From Candidatus Curtissbacteria bacterium (GTDB lineage: Bacteria; Patescibacteriota; Microgenomatia; Curtissbacterales; GWA2-41-24): a stretch of 64,000 bases of DNA. Each line of letters starts with the position of its first letter. The stretch's first letter is position 1. The position numbers and the translations under genes were made by a program. The stretch is taken from assembly GCA_024654445.1 (NCBI GenBank), contig JANLHP010000013.1, positions 26,528-90,527 on the forward strand, in the 5' to 3' direction. Of this stretch, positions 9,161-19,186 are shown piece by piece. The notes beneath the pieces were generated by a model. It ran no database searches and was not told the DNA's origin. It saw nothing but the letters and a program-made list of their open reading frames with translations.

Positions 9161-10195
9161 TTATTTTTCCTTTAAAACATAATAGGTTGCCCGTCCACGA
9201 CCTTTTCTCTCAATTAACCCAAGCTCAATTAGTTTTTTAAAATCAAGCGCTCTTGTTGCTTTTGCACGGCTTGTGAGCTTTGCATAAGCCGGGTCGGCAA
9301 TAAAGCCTTTTTCGCGAATGTACTCAAGCATTTTAAGGTGGTATGGTTGCAGCTCATTATCAGGATTTACCGCAGACTGCGGAAGCATTTTCTGAACCCG
9401 CAAGAGTTCGTCAATAATCCCTTCTGTAAAATATTCAAGCCAATTAGTAAAGTCTTGCTTGTCAACAATCTCGTAATAATTACCAAATTCTCCAACCGTC
9501 TGAAAGTATCTTGTGACATTTTTGTTGTAATAGTTTTCAAAGCTAAAAAGATTAAACGTATTGAGTCCTAAAGCCGCCAGTAAAACTTTTGTAACAAGTC
9601 TGGTTGTTCTCCCGCTTCCATCCATAAACGGGTGAATTACAACCATTTGTTTATGAAATACACCAGCAAGAATTAGAGAGTCAATTACATTTATATTTTC
9701 ATTTATGAACTTGATTAAATCCTCAAGTAGCAACTCCACATCTTTGACATCAGGAGGAAGATATACCGTCTGTCTTGTTCTTGAATCATTTACAACAACT
9801 GCTTTTTCTCTAAGCTGCCCTGACTCAAAAGACGGAAGCAAGCCTGCTGTTATTTGTTTTTGAATGTTAAGAATGAGACTTATAGATATTTCTATCGTTC
9901 CTTCGGCAAGCTTTCTGTTTAGGTCTTGCAGCGCTTGATTGTAATTTAATACTTCGCGCTCACTGTCCCGAATATGGGAAGGTTTTGATTTAAGAATCTT
10001 TTTGACCTCTGTTAGTGGTAACGGATTTCCCTCAATGCTTGTTGAAGCATAACTTGAGACTTCACGCGCACTTCTCTCAAGTTCAAGAAGTACTACGTTT
10101 GAGAAATGTTTATTATTGAGATTGGAAACTAAAGAGTCAATTCTTTTGATGTTTGCTAAAAGCTTGTCTGTGATCGTATATCGAGGCTGAAACAT
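9161..10195 (-). CDS. Fic-family protein (AMPylase-type; N-terminal inhibitory motif, C-terminal wHTH)
   Basis: Fic active-site motif HPFMDGSGRTTRL. Inhibitory-helix motif STSIEGN ([ST]xxxE[GN]). C-terminal winged-helix-like KGRGRATYYVLK. Confidence 0.85.
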   Translation of the reverse strand: MFQPRYTITDKLLANIKRIDSLVSNLNNKHFSNVVLLELERSAREVSSYASTSIEGNPLPLTEVKKILKSKPSHIRDSEREVLNYNQALQDLNRKLAEGTIEISISLILNIQKQITAGLLPSFESGQLREKAVVVNDSRTRQTVYLPPDVKDVELLLEDLIKFINENINVIDSLILAGVFHKQMVVIHPFMDGSGRTTRLVTKVLLAALGLNTFNLFSFENYYNKNVTRYFQTVGEFGNYYEIVDKQDFTNWLEYFTEGIIDELLRVQKMLPQSAVNPDNELQPYHLKMLEYIREKGFIADPAYAKLTSRAKATRALDFKKLIELGLIERKGRGRATYYVLKEK

Positions 10196-10202
10196 ATTAG
10201 TA

Positions 10203-10235
10203 TATAGACGAATTATAGACGATTATTAGACGATT
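10203..10235. repeat. 3 x 11-bp tandem direct repeats (TATAGACGAAT / TATAGACGATT / ATTAGACGATT) immediately upstream of the Fic start
   Basis: Read directly from the sequence. Located 8-40 nt upstream of the Fic start codon (minus strand). Confidence 0.5.
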
Positions 10236-10367
10236 TGTAATAGTTGACTAATTAAAGAGTCAGGGGTCACCGATAGATGGAAAGTAGAATAAAACCAGTC
10301 ATTCGATAAAAGAAGAAAATTCTGGTATTAAACGTAGTGGAAACTTGATATATAATTTGGTAATATT

Positions 10368-10976
10368 ATGGAAAGTTCAGAAGCGGCTACTCAGCTGCTT
10401 AAAAACAAATATAATCTTCATAAAAGCCCAGAAGTAGATAACGCTGCGAAGCGTACAAAAGCACACACAGGCGAGAGAATTCCCCAAGACCCATTACTTC
10501 GTATTCAAAACTACTTGAATCGTTTTCACGAAATTACAGATCGACCTGACGCAGACGATCGTGAACACGGCATGGATGCTGCAAAAAGATTTCTTCACTC
10601 AAAGTATGTCATTAAACCAGATGAGGTCCCAGAAGGATATTTTGAAAACCAGCAACGCCAGGCACGCGAACTTGGACATGGGGATATTGAAATAACAGGT
10701 GACATGCGAACTCAATTAACAGATGTTCTTGTCGCAGATCAAAAATCAAGTCTTGATAAATGGGTTGATTATCTTTCCTCGCCGGACGCTCCCTACCCTG
10801 ATAGTTTAAAATATTTTACCCTCAGAAGCATTCTTACGATGGGTGATTACGATAAAGAAAGACACGCATTTACGCAAAGATCAAAAGGCACGGTTAAACC
10901 ATTTCCAGACCTCAACCGAGAGGCACTTGCCTACGGGTATAAGTGCCCTTTTTGCTTATTGACACGGCTTCTATAA
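10368..10976 (+). CDS. hypothetical protein
   Basis: 202-aa ORF. A TATAAT-like box lies just upstream. Confidence 0.5.
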   Translation: MESSEAATQLLKNKYNLHKSPEVDNAAKRTKAHTGERIPQDPLLRIQNYLNRFHEITDRPDADDREHGMDAAKRFLHSKYVIKPDEVPEGYFENQQRQARELGHGDIEITGDMRTQLTDVLVADQKSSLDKWVDYLSSPDAPYPDSLKYFTLRSILTMGDYDKERHAFTQRSKGTVKPFPDLNREALAYGYKCPFCLLTRLL

Positions 10977-11038
10977 AAGGTTTATTACAAGACTAGTTTA
11001 AATCCAAAACAATTTTCGTATTTTAACAACCAAAAATT

Positions 11039-11518
11039 ATGCGAGCTGCCCGTGCAGTTTTTCGCACCCTAAAAATTAAAATGAAGGAGAAATTACAGCA
11101 CACAAAACGCAATAATCTAAAGGTAAACTGGAGAACTGTTTGGTACTCTGTTTTGATTTGGCTGATGGGAATTATTGTTGGCGGATTTGTTGTTTTGCCT
11201 TGGTATTATTTAGTTTTCCCCTTAATTGTTTTATGGACTACTGTTGTTTACTTTAACAGCAAAAGGTCCGAAAAGAGTTTCAGGGCTGGTCTTTGGATTT
11301 CTTTGTTTTGGTTTTTTTCTATTTGTACTTTAGATTTTATTGAGATCATTGGTCCTTATTACTTTGATGTGCCATTCTATTTTTCGGATTCAAGAAACTG
11401 GTTGAAATATCCCTTAATTCTGCTTGTGCCCGTAATTTACAGTTTGGTTTTGGAATCTTCAAGATTTAGAAAGCCCCCGCGCCGTGTCCTTGCGCCAAAG
11501 TTAAGTGCGGATATTTAA
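11039..11518 (+). CDS. integral membrane protein
   Basis: Four predicted TM segments. Confidence 0.5.
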   Translation: MRAARAVFRTLKIKMKEKLQHTKRNNLKVNWRTVWYSVLIWLMGIIVGGFVVLPWYYLVFPLIVLWTTVVYFNSKRSEKSFRAGLWISLFWFFSICTLDFIEIIGPYYFDVPFYFSDSRNWLKYPLILLVPVIYSLVLESSRFRKPPRRVLAPKLSADI

Positions 11519-11583
11519 ATCTCTTGCTGTTGATTCGACGCTTTGAGGTATGTTAACCTTAATTTTAACGAAATCCCCAAACA

Positions 11584-12141
11584 ATGCGAGATCTTTCGAA
11601 GACACAATATCGTGATCACAATAAGCTTGCTTCACTCAAAAAATACGGGAAAATTTTTATAATCGTTGCTTTTATACTTGGAGTTTTCTTCGCTGTTACT
11701 TCTACTTTTAATATTTCAACACCTGGTGGCTCCGCGGTGGTATTGAGAGAAGCCCCTAGAGGACTTACTCCCGTTGGAGGCAGTAGCGAACTTTCAGGTG
11801 TTGCGGAGGGTGGCGTAGAGCTTACCAAACAGACGGCAACATTACAGGATGTGGAATATGGTGGAGAAGCAAGAGGAAGTGCAACAAGGTCTTTTGGTGG
11901 TGGAACGTATATCCTTACTGTTTCTGCAACGCTTCCGGATCCGACCAATAACTTATACCAAGTATGGCTTGCAAATGGAAGCCAAGCACTACCAATCGAT
12001 TATATGAGTGGTTCCAAAAATAGTTGGAGCCTGTCACTTCGAGATACAGATAAATATTCCAACTATCGGGAGATCTGGATTACAAGAGAAATAACAAAAG
12101 ATTCAAAACCCGAGTTACACGTATTGGAAGGCTCCTTTTAA
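11584..12141 (+). CDS. membrane-anchored extracytoplasmic protein
   Basis: N-terminal TM (IFIIVAFILGVFFAV) followed by a Gly/Ser/Thr-rich domain. Confidence 0.5.
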   Translation: MRDLSKTQYRDHNKLASLKKYGKIFIIVAFILGVFFAVTSTFNISTPGGSAVVLREAPRGLTPVGGSSELSGVAEGGVELTKQTATLQDVEYGGEARGSATRSFGGGTYILTVSATLPDPTNNLYQVWLANGSQALPIDYMSGSKNSWSLSLRDTDKYSNYREIWITREITKDSKPELHVLEGSF

Positions 12142-12232
12142 CGTTCATAGTTGATCGTATATCGTTCATCGCAATTTAAGTTTCTTCTTTGATTGACTAC
12201 TCCCCATCAACCATTTACGATTAACGATTAAC

Positions 12233-12652
12233 ATGAAGCGAGTGATGGTTTTCGGCGCATTTGACGGATTGCACCCCGGCCACATTAATTTTTTTAACCA
12301 AGCCATAAAGCATGGTGATTATCTGATTGTTTCTGTTGGAACTGACAAAAACGTTTTTAAAATAAAAGGCAAGAAACCCTTGTTCTCTCAAAACGAAAGG
12401 CTATCGCTTGTGGAAAACGTCGCCTTGGTGGATAAAGCAGTTCTTGGTGCGGAAGAAGATTTTTACGGAGAACTAAAAAAATACGAACCAGATTTTATTT
12501 GTTTGGGCTACGATCAGTGGGCGAGTGAGGAAGAGGTTAGTCACGGTTTAAAAAAAGCTGGCCTTTTAAAAACTAAAGTCGTAAGACTTAAACCCTATAA
12601 AGAAACTAAAGCTAAGTCAACTCATTTGAAAAAGCGCTCAGTAGATTTCTAA
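12233..12652 (+). CDS. cytidylyltransferase-like nucleotidyltransferase (TagD/RibL-like HxGH family)
   Basis: N-terminal motif VFGAFDGLHPGHINF, 139 aa. Confidence 0.7.
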   Translation: MKRVMVFGAFDGLHPGHINFFNQAIKHGDYLIVSVGTDKNVFKIKGKKPLFSQNERLSLVENVALVDKAVLGAEEDFYGELKKYEPDFICLGYDQWASEEEVSHGLKKAGLLKTKVVRLKPYKETKAKSTHLKKRSVDF

Positions 12653-12710
12653 GCATTTTCAAGGTGATAAAGTTCTGGTGTTGCTTTCGCTGCCAGAATA
12701 ACATTATCAT

Positions 12711-12896
12711 CTTGTCATTCCAGCGAGAGCTGGAATCCACTTCGAGTAAGGGGGAATCAAAATATCAAGGTCTTCAGGTCGGCGAGTAATTCATTTATGG
12801 ATTCTGAATCTAGTTCAGAATGACGGAGGTCCCTCGAGGAAACCTCGGGTTCCTCTTAAAGTTCTAGTAGGGTGGAAAGGTCGAGGTGGCTCGACA
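12711..12896. repeat. cluster of hairpin-forming repeat modules sharing submotifs with the R1/R3 family
   Basis: Stems ATTCCAGC/GCTGGAAT, TTCTGAA/TTCAGAA, palindrome CCTCGAGG, GTCGAG/CTCGAC. Shared motifs CTTGTCATTC and CTTCGAG. Confidence 0.45.
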
Positions 12897-12897
12897 T

Positions 12898-13251
12898 TTA
12901 GAAAGGAAATCTTTTAGCAATTTTTGTTACGATTCCTTCTTTGTGCTGTTTGGAAATTTTTTTCTCCTTAACTTTGACGAGAAGTCTCTTCATTCGTTCA
13001 ACTGCTTTATCTATGGCTTTGTCCACCGAGTGTTCAACGTCTACAATCGAAAGATTTTTTCCTGGTATGTCTATTTCTATCTCACAATAGTAATCTTGTT
13101 CTTTGTCGCGATGAGATTTTTGTGATATCAAACGGACTTCAATTAGGTCTATTTTGGAGTGGAATTTAGCTAACTTTTTTACTTTTTCTTTTGCGTATTC
13201 TTCTACTTCTGGGAATTCTTTGAGGTGAATGCCGGAGACTATTATATTCAT
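12898..13251 (-). CDS. hpf: ribosome hibernation promoting factor (RaiA/HPF, S30AE family)
   Basis: Typical HPF sequence MNIIVSGIHLKEFPEVEEYAKEKVKKLAKF, 117 aa. Confidence 0.85.
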   Translation of the reverse strand: MNIIVSGIHLKEFPEVEEYAKEKVKKLAKFHSKIDLIEVRLISQKSHRDKEQDYYCEIEIDIPGKNLSIVDVEHSVDKAIDKAVERMKRLLVKVKEKKISKQHKEGIVTKIAKRFPF

Positions 13252-13368
13252 TGTGGTAATTTTATATTAACAATTGACAATTAACAATTAACAATTTACC
13301 ATTTACTTCGATATGTTTGATCCTTCTTCGTCAAGATTTAGGAGGACAAGTAAGTTAGGAGTATAAAG

Positions 13369-13653
13369 ATGTTTGACAAGTTACAACAATTAAAAGAACT
13401 CAAAAAGATGCGCGATGACGCGATGCGGATTCAGAAGGCGCTCGACGAGGAAGTCGTAGAAATTGAAAGAAATGGTGTTAAGGTCAAACTAACACTCGCT
13501 CAAAGATTTATCGAAATCAATGCAAATGGTCATGACGATAGCGATGTCGTTGAAGCTGTAAACGAAGCTGTAAAAGAAAGCCAAAAAGAGGCAGCCAAAA
13601 AGATGCAAGGCATGGTTGGTATGGATGGCCTCAAGGGCATGTTCGGGCAGTAA
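13369..13653 (+). CDS. ybaB: nucleoid-associated protein YbaB/EbfC
   Basis: 94 aa. QQLKELKKMRDDAMRIQKAL ... MQGMVGMDGLKGMFG. Upstream of recR. Confidence 0.85.
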   Translation: MFDKLQQLKELKKMRDDAMRIQKALDEEVVEIERNGVKVKLTLAQRFIEINANGHDDSDVVEAVNEAVKESQKEAAKKMQGMVGMDGLKGMFGQ

Positions 13654-13676
13654 TTGTTTGATATACTTCTTTCTGA

Positions 13677-14273
13677 GTGAAAGTTCCAAAAAGTGTTGCT
13701 AATTTAATCGAAGCTTTTGAAAGCTTGCCTGGGATTGGCCCAAAGACCGCGGCGAGGCTTACTTACTATCTTCTGCACGCTCCGGACTCGCTTTCCGAAA
13801 AACTTTCGGAAGCCACACGCGATTTAAAAACAAATACTAAAATTTGTTCTATTTGCCAGAATATTACAGAACATGACCCGTGCGAGATTTGTGAGGATGC
13901 CGATCGCGATCAGACGATTATTTGTATCGTGGAGGATCCGCTGGATGTTTGGGCGATAGAAAAATCCGGAAGTTTTGGAGGTTTATACCACGTTTTGCAT
14001 GGAGTAATTGCGCCTCTTGAGAATGTTGGTCCAGAAGACCTTAGAATAAATGAACTTTTGAGTCGACTTAAGGATGAAAAAGTAAAGGAACTTATTATGG
14101 CAACAAACCCGTCGATGGAAGGTGAAGCAACAGCAATGTACATTCAAAGATTAGTAAAACCTCTGGGATTAAAAGTTACGAGAATCGCCAGGGGAATTCC
14201 TATCGGTGCAGAGTTGGAATACGCAGACGAGGTTACAGTCCGCAGAGCTCTCGAAGGTCGCAAAGACTTTTAA
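13677..14273 (+). CDS. recR: recombination protein RecR
   Basis: HhH LPGIGPKTAARL, C4 zinc finger CSICQN..CEIC, Toprim domain. Confidence 0.9.
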   Translation: MKVPKSVANLIEAFESLPGIGPKTAARLTYYLLHAPDSLSEKLSEATRDLKTNTKICSICQNITEHDPCEICEDADRDQTIICIVEDPLDVWAIEKSGSFGGLYHVLHGVIAPLENVGPEDLRINELLSRLKDEKVKELIMATNPSMEGEATAMYIQRLVKPLGLKVTRIARGIPIGAELEYADEVTVRRALEGRKDF

Positions 14274-14353
14274 GATGAATAACGAATTAAGAATTATGAA
14301 TTAAGGTTTCAAACCATAATTCATAATTCAAGATTATACGCTACAATGGAATC

Positions 14354-14863
14354 ATGGGTGACGGCGACGGATTTGGTTCCCAAATTTTAGATACTGTAGG
14401 TGAAGTTGGTGGGGCAGTTGGGTCTGAACTTAAAAAATTCGGCAAAAGTGCTGCATCTCAGGTTACGGGTGGTCAAGACTCTTCTTCTAATTCGACAAAT
14501 AATTCCGCAAAAAATAAATCGAGTAGCCCTGGTGACAATCCCGTAGGTGAATTTAAAAAGGTAGGCCAATCTATAGTTGGACAGATAAGCGGGCGAGAGC
14601 CAAGGCACGATGAAATAGCCGAAATGAAAAAGAATGACGATGAATTTTCGGAAGCCGAACATTCTGCTGTTGCTGTCAGAATTCAGCAGATTTATGAGGA
14701 ACATGCGGCCAAAAGGGCAAGTGAAGCAAAAAAAGAAGAGATGGTAGAGGGGCGAAAAGAAGAGGTGAAGGCTGAGAATCTAGAAGTGCAAAAGAAACAA
14801 GAATTCACTAACAGCGCAATCCAAAAAACACGCGCAGAGATCAAGAATTATGGAGCGGAGTAA
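14354..14863 (+). CDS. hypothetical low-complexity protein
   Basis: Gly/Ser/Lys/Glu-rich 169-aa ORF with no TM segment. Confidence 0.4.
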   Translation: MGDGDGFGSQILDTVGEVGGAVGSELKKFGKSAASQVTGGQDSSSNSTNNSAKNKSSSPGDNPVGEFKKVGQSIVGQISGREPRHDEIAEMKKNDDEFSEAEHSAVAVRIQQIYEEHAAKRASEAKKEEMVEGRKEEVKAENLEVQKKQEFTNSAIQKTRAEIKNYGAE

Positions 14864-14915
14864 TTTTTGCAAGGCCGACTTTACTTAGAGCGTAATAAAA
14901 ACTAAAATTTGACCG

Positions 14916-15134
14916 ATGACACAGGAGAGAAGTGGTGAAAGACTACAAGGGAAAGGCCAAAACGGTGTCCCCGGCGGCGGATTATCGCCAGAATTAAGAG
15001 ACATATTGGAAGGTCAAAGTCTGGAAGCTGAAGTCGATGCAGCCATAGATGCAGTACTTGAAGAAGGATATCAAATGGCACGGGAAGAAATGTTAAAAGT
15101 AATTCAAGAAATGAAAAAAGATCCAAGCAAATAA
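14916..15134 (+). CDS. small hypothetical protein upstream of Fic (possible Fic partner)
   Basis: 72 aa. Contains AVLEEGY, which resembles but does not fully match the Fic inhibitory motif [ST]xxxE[GN]. Confidence 0.35.
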   Translation: MTQERSGERLQGKGQNGVPGGGLSPELRDILEGQSLEAEVDAAIDAVLEEGYQMAREEMLKVIQEMKKDPSK

Positions 15135-15139
15135 ACCTG

Positions 15140-15997
15140 ATGCAAAATCTTGAAGGTTCAGAGAATCTGTCTTTGTCTGAGGATGGTGAAAAGAGAAAAA
15201 TAGCAGAAGGTGGGATGTTAGCGGCGCATTTCGTTAGAAAAGTGTCAATGGGGAGAAAGGTGGATGGCAGGAGATACGGTTTTGATGGTGATTACGTAAG
15301 GGCAATTAATAAAAGGGTGGCCGCCGGTGCTGACTGGGGAGGTCGGCTTAGGGAGGAGAATTTAGGTATAGATGAATTTGATGCCGTAAGCTGGCATGAG
15401 GTGCCGACAAGATTTTATTTGTATTCTAACTGGTTGGACACTCAGATGAGAGAGGTTACATCCAACCCTGATGATATTGTTCTTGCTCTCGAGACTGCTG
15501 CAGCTGCACATTACGGGCTTACTCAACCAGAGCTCCATCCTTTTGCGTTTGGAAATGGTAGAACTGCAAGGGCTTTGGTCAATGGAATTTTAATGACCTG
15601 TGCTGATGAGCTTAGGCTCTACAAAATAGCTCTCCCTCCAATTCCAATTCTTCGAGATTACAATGAGGATCGAGATCGGAGATATATAAAAGCCTTAAGG
15701 TCTGTCAGGGAAACTGGAACACTTAATCCCTTAATGACTGTTTTGGCCAACAGATGGTCTCAAAATTTAGGAGAACTTTTGGAAAGAATCCACAAGGAGC
15801 TTGGGATTCCTAAAAATCCAGCTGATAAAAGAATGATCGAAACCTTGGAGAGGAGAAAAGATAGGCTCGATGAATTTGCTGGTCATTCCGAAAGCTCGAA
15901 TAAAAATGTACAAAAAAAAATGAAGAATGGTTATCATCAGTACTGGGTTCCCAATTACTTTGATCCGGTTTGGATGAAGGGTGGTAGTGGCAATTAA
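15140..15997 (+). CDS. Fic-domain protein
   Basis: Fic motif HPFAFGNGRTARALVN. N-terminal KIAEGG is inhibitory-motif-like. The 3' end overlaps the cysS start by 17 nt. Confidence 0.8.
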   Translation: MQNLEGSENLSLSEDGEKRKIAEGGMLAAHFVRKVSMGRKVDGRRYGFDGDYVRAINKRVAAGADWGGRLREENLGIDEFDAVSWHEVPTRFYLYSNWLDTQMREVTSNPDDIVLALETAAAAHYGLTQPELHPFAFGNGRTARALVNGILMTCADELRLYKIALPPIPILRDYNEDRDRRYIKALRSVRETGTLNPLMTVLANRWSQNLGELLERIHKELGIPKNPADKRMIETLERRKDRLDEFAGHSESSNKNVQKKMKNGYHQYWVPNYFDPVWMKGGSGN

Positions 15998-17408
15998 GCT
16001 TTATAATTTTCTCCCCAAAAAAGTAGAAGAGTTTAATCCGATCAATGCCAAGAGCGTCGGGATGTATACCTGTGGCCCGACGGTTTACGACTATGTCCAC
16101 ATTGGCAATTGGCGTACCTTTGTTTTTGAAGACGTTTTAAAGCGTGTTTTGAGATTTAATGATTTTGATGTGACGCATGTTATGAATATAACCGACATCG
16201 ACGACAAGATAATTAAAAAAGCCGCTGATGAAGGAGTCGACTATAAGAAGATAACAGAAAAATTCGAAGAAGCGTTTTTTGATGATTTTGAAAAATTAAA
16301 TATAGAATCCGAAGAGGATGCACCGAGAGAAGTTCGTAGAGAAACAAATATGTTCGAACAGTATCCTAGGGCAACCGAGAGTATTGACGCAATGATAGTC
16401 CTGATCCAAAAACTTCTCGAAAAAGGTGTTGCCTACAAAGGGGACGATGGAATTTATTTTTCGGTTGAAAAATTTCCAAATTACGGTAAACTTTCTGGGC
16501 TTTCTAAAGGTAATTTGAAAAAGGGCGCGAGGGTTAACGCTGATTTATACGATAAAGAAAGCTGGGCGGATTTCGCGCTTTGGAAGTTCCCTTCTTCGCC
16601 AAAGGCTTCGGGAGGGCAAGTAAAAAAGGAGCCCAGTTGGCCGGCGCCATTTGGAGAAGGTAGACCGGGTTGGCATATCGAGTGTTCTGCTATGAGCATG
16701 AAAGCTCTTGGCGAAACGTTTGATATCCATGCCGGTGGTGTAGATTTGCTGTTTCCTCACCACGAAAACGAAATTGCGCAAAGTGAGGCGGCGACCGGGA
16801 AGAAATTCGTTAATTATTGGATGGAGGGTGAGCATCTACTTGTTGAGGGAGAAAAGATGTCTAAAAGCTTGAACAATATTTATACGCTTGCCGATATTTC
16901 TGAAAAAGGATTTGATACTCTCGCGCTCCGCTATTTGTTTCTGACGGCACATTACAGGTCTAAACTTAACTTTACTTGGGAAAGTCTACAGGGTGCGGGC
17001 AATGCGCTGAACAATTTGCGGGAGGAAGTCGCCAGTTGGAATGAGGTCGAAAAGGAGGCGTGGGAAGGTTTACCTGATTTTGAAAAAGATTTTAAAAACG
17101 CGATCAACAACGATTTGGACATGCCGCGAGCAGTTGCTGTGATGTGGGATATGGTTAAAAGCGATAATCCAACTGTTCGAAAGCACGAATCAATTTTGGT
17201 GATGGATAAGGTTTTGGGGCTTGGGCTGGAGAGAATTAAAAAAGCAGAATTGCCAGAAGGCGCGAAAGAACTAATTGAAAAAAGAGAGGCAGTGAGGAAG
17301 ACGGGAGATTTTGAAGAGTCGGATAATATGAGGGGAGAGTTAGCAAAGATGGGGGTTGAGGTTGAGGATACACCGCAGGGGCCAAAGTGGAAGGTCAAAC
17401 AGCGATAA
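15981..17408 (+). CDS. cysS: cysteinyl-tRNA synthetase
   Basis: Class I HIGH-type motif HIGNWRTF and KMSKS. Zinc-binding Cys residues present. Confidence 0.9.
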   Translation: MVVAIKLYNFLPKKVEEFNPINAKSVGMYTCGPTVYDYVHIGNWRTFVFEDVLKRVLRFNDFDVTHVMNITDIDDKIIKKAADEGVDYKKITEKFEEAFFDDFEKLNIESEEDAPREVRRETNMFEQYPRATESIDAMIVLIQKLLEKGVAYKGDDGIYFSVEKFPNYGKLSGLSKGNLKKGARVNADLYDKESWADFALWKFPSSPKASGGQVKKEPSWPAPFGEGRPGWHIECSAMSMKALGETFDIHAGGVDLLFPHHENEIAQSEAATGKKFVNYWMEGEHLLVEGEKMSKSLNNIYTLADISEKGFDTLALRYLFLTAHYRSKLNFTWESLQGAGNALNNLREEVASWNEVEKEAWEGLPDFEKDFKNAINNDLDMPRAVAVMWDMVKSDNPTVRKHESILVMDKVLGLGLERIKKAELPEGAKELIEKREAVRKTGDFEESDNMRGELAKMGVEVEDTPQGPKWKVKQR

Positions 17409-17479
17409 CTTCACAGGACGAGACCACTCTATTACTCTAGAGTATTAGAGTGATTTATACTGCATGATAGTTCATAGAA

Positions 17480-18151
17480 ATGATTGATGTCGTTAAAGTT
17501 AAAAATCGAAATGAGGGGCAAGACAAGGCGCATGATCTTTTAAAAAGGTTAGTCGATGATAAAACTCTGCTGGCCCTTAGCGGGGGAACTTCTCCTGATT
17601 ATAAACGAATGATTGTTAAGCCAGGCGATATTAGACCTGGGGCAATTTGCGTTGTAGACGATCGGTTTGGAAAACCATTCCATAAAGACAGCACGGAGTT
17701 TCTTCTAAAAGAATCAGGCGTCAAAGATTGTGCAGACGACTATTGCATGGAAGCTCACAAGATTTTAAAGGGGGAAGATCTAATAACAACCGGGAAAATT
17801 TATGCGGAAGAAATCGAAGAATTATTTGGAAGGTTTAGTAAAAGGGTCGGTCTAATGGGGGTTGGGACAAATTTACATACTGGTGGAATTTTTCCTTACA
17901 GTTTGGCTGCAAAATCTCCGGAGCTTGCCGTTGGGGAAACAGTTGATGATAAATACAAGAAGAGGGTTTCAATAACCCTAAAAGCATTGGGGCAATTTAC
18001 TGGCTTTATAATTTTGATGTTTGGAAAAGAAAAAAAAGATGCAATTAAAACAATGCTAGATGAAGCGGAAAATGATATGCAAAAGTATCCTGCGATTTTT
18101 TACAGAAAATCGAAAATCAAATCTTACTTAATTACAGACCAAAACGTATAA
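17480..18151 (+). CDS. pgl: 6-phosphogluconolactonase
   Basis: LALSGGTSP motif (SGGSTP-type sugar-phosphate isomerase/lactonase fold). Adjacent to zwf and gnd. Confidence 0.7.
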   Translation: MIDVVKVKNRNEGQDKAHDLLKRLVDDKTLLALSGGTSPDYKRMIVKPGDIRPGAICVVDDRFGKPFHKDSTEFLLKESGVKDCADDYCMEAHKILKGEDLITTGKIYAEEIEELFGRFSKRVGLMGVGTNLHTGGIFPYSLAAKSPELAVGETVDDKYKKRVSITLKALGQFTGFIILMFGKEKKDAIKTMLDEAENDMQKYPAIFYRKSKIKSYLITDQNV

Positions 18152-18235
18152 ATATTCTTCGAGTGAGCGTAGCGAATCGAGAAGTTTTTATTAAAGTGAG
18201 TTCTCGACAAGCTCGAATAATATTATTAATATAAA

Positions 18236-19186
18236 GTGATGAAACTTGGATTCATAGGCCTAGGCAAAATGGGTAACAGAATGGTCATTAAACTTCTTGG
18301 TGAAGGACATGAAGTTGTAGTTTGGAATAGAACAAAGGCGAAGGTCGATGAGCTAAAAGAGGAAGCTGCTAGTAATTGGAAACTTTCTGACGCTGAATCA
18401 GTTGCTGACCTAGTTAAAAAAGCTGGCGGAGATGAGCCGGGGCCAAGAATTATTTGGTCGATGTTACCAGCAGGGGAAGCGACCGATGAAATTCTTGAGG
18501 AAGTTGGAAAGCATGTAAAAGAAGGCGACATTGTAATTGACGGAGGGAACTCTAAATTCACAGATACTGACAGAAGATTTGGCGAATTTACATCAAAAGG
18601 AGTTGAATATTTGGGTATTGGAGTTTCCGGTGGAATTATAGCAGTAGAAGAGGGTTATCCTCTGATGGTTGGCGGAAGTTTGACTGCTTACGAATATATC
18701 GAGCCGATTTTAGATTCTCTGGCAAAACCTGGGGGCGGACATCAATATTTTGGAGAAGGTGGAGCGGGGCATTTTGTGAAGATGGTTCATAACGCAATTG
18801 AGTATGGGATTATGGAATCTATTGGTGAAGGATTTGGGCTGTTGGCCGAGTCTCCACACAATTTGGATTTATTGAAAGTAGCACAGCTTTACCAAAAAGG
18901 GACACTGGTTTCTGGTTTTATGATGGCGAGGACAATTGAAGTTTTGCAAAACGATCCAGAACTGAAAACTATTAAAGGAATAATAGGCAAGGCTTCGTTT
19001 GAGACTATTTGGGCTGTCGAGGAAGCGAAAAAGAGGGATTTGATTTTTGACATTATTGAGAGATCCCTTGAAATTAGAAACGAGTCCGAAAAAGATCCTA
19101 AAATTCAAAAATCTGTTGCTGCCAAGATAGTTGCCGGCCAAAGAGATGCTTTTGGTGGTCATGGTGTAGAAAAGGAAGAGAAATAA
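18236..19186 (+). CDS. gnd: 6-phosphogluconate dehydrogenase (decarboxylating), short form
   Basis: N-terminal Rossmann GFIGLGKMGNRMV, 316 aa. Confidence 0.8.
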   Translation: MMKLGFIGLGKMGNRMVIKLLGEGHEVVVWNRTKAKVDELKEEAASNWKLSDAESVADLVKKAGGDEPGPRIIWSMLPAGEATDEILEEVGKHVKEGDIVIDGGNSKFTDTDRRFGEFTSKGVEYLGIGVSGGIIAVEEGYPLMVGGSLTAYEYIEPILDSLAKPGGGHQYFGEGGAGHFVKMVHNAIEYGIMESIGEGFGLLAESPHNLDLLKVAQLYQKGTLVSGFMMARTIEVLQNDPELKTIKGIIGKASFETIWAVEEAKKRDLIFDIIERSLEIRNESEKDPKIQKSVAAKIVAGQRDAFGGHGVEKEEK

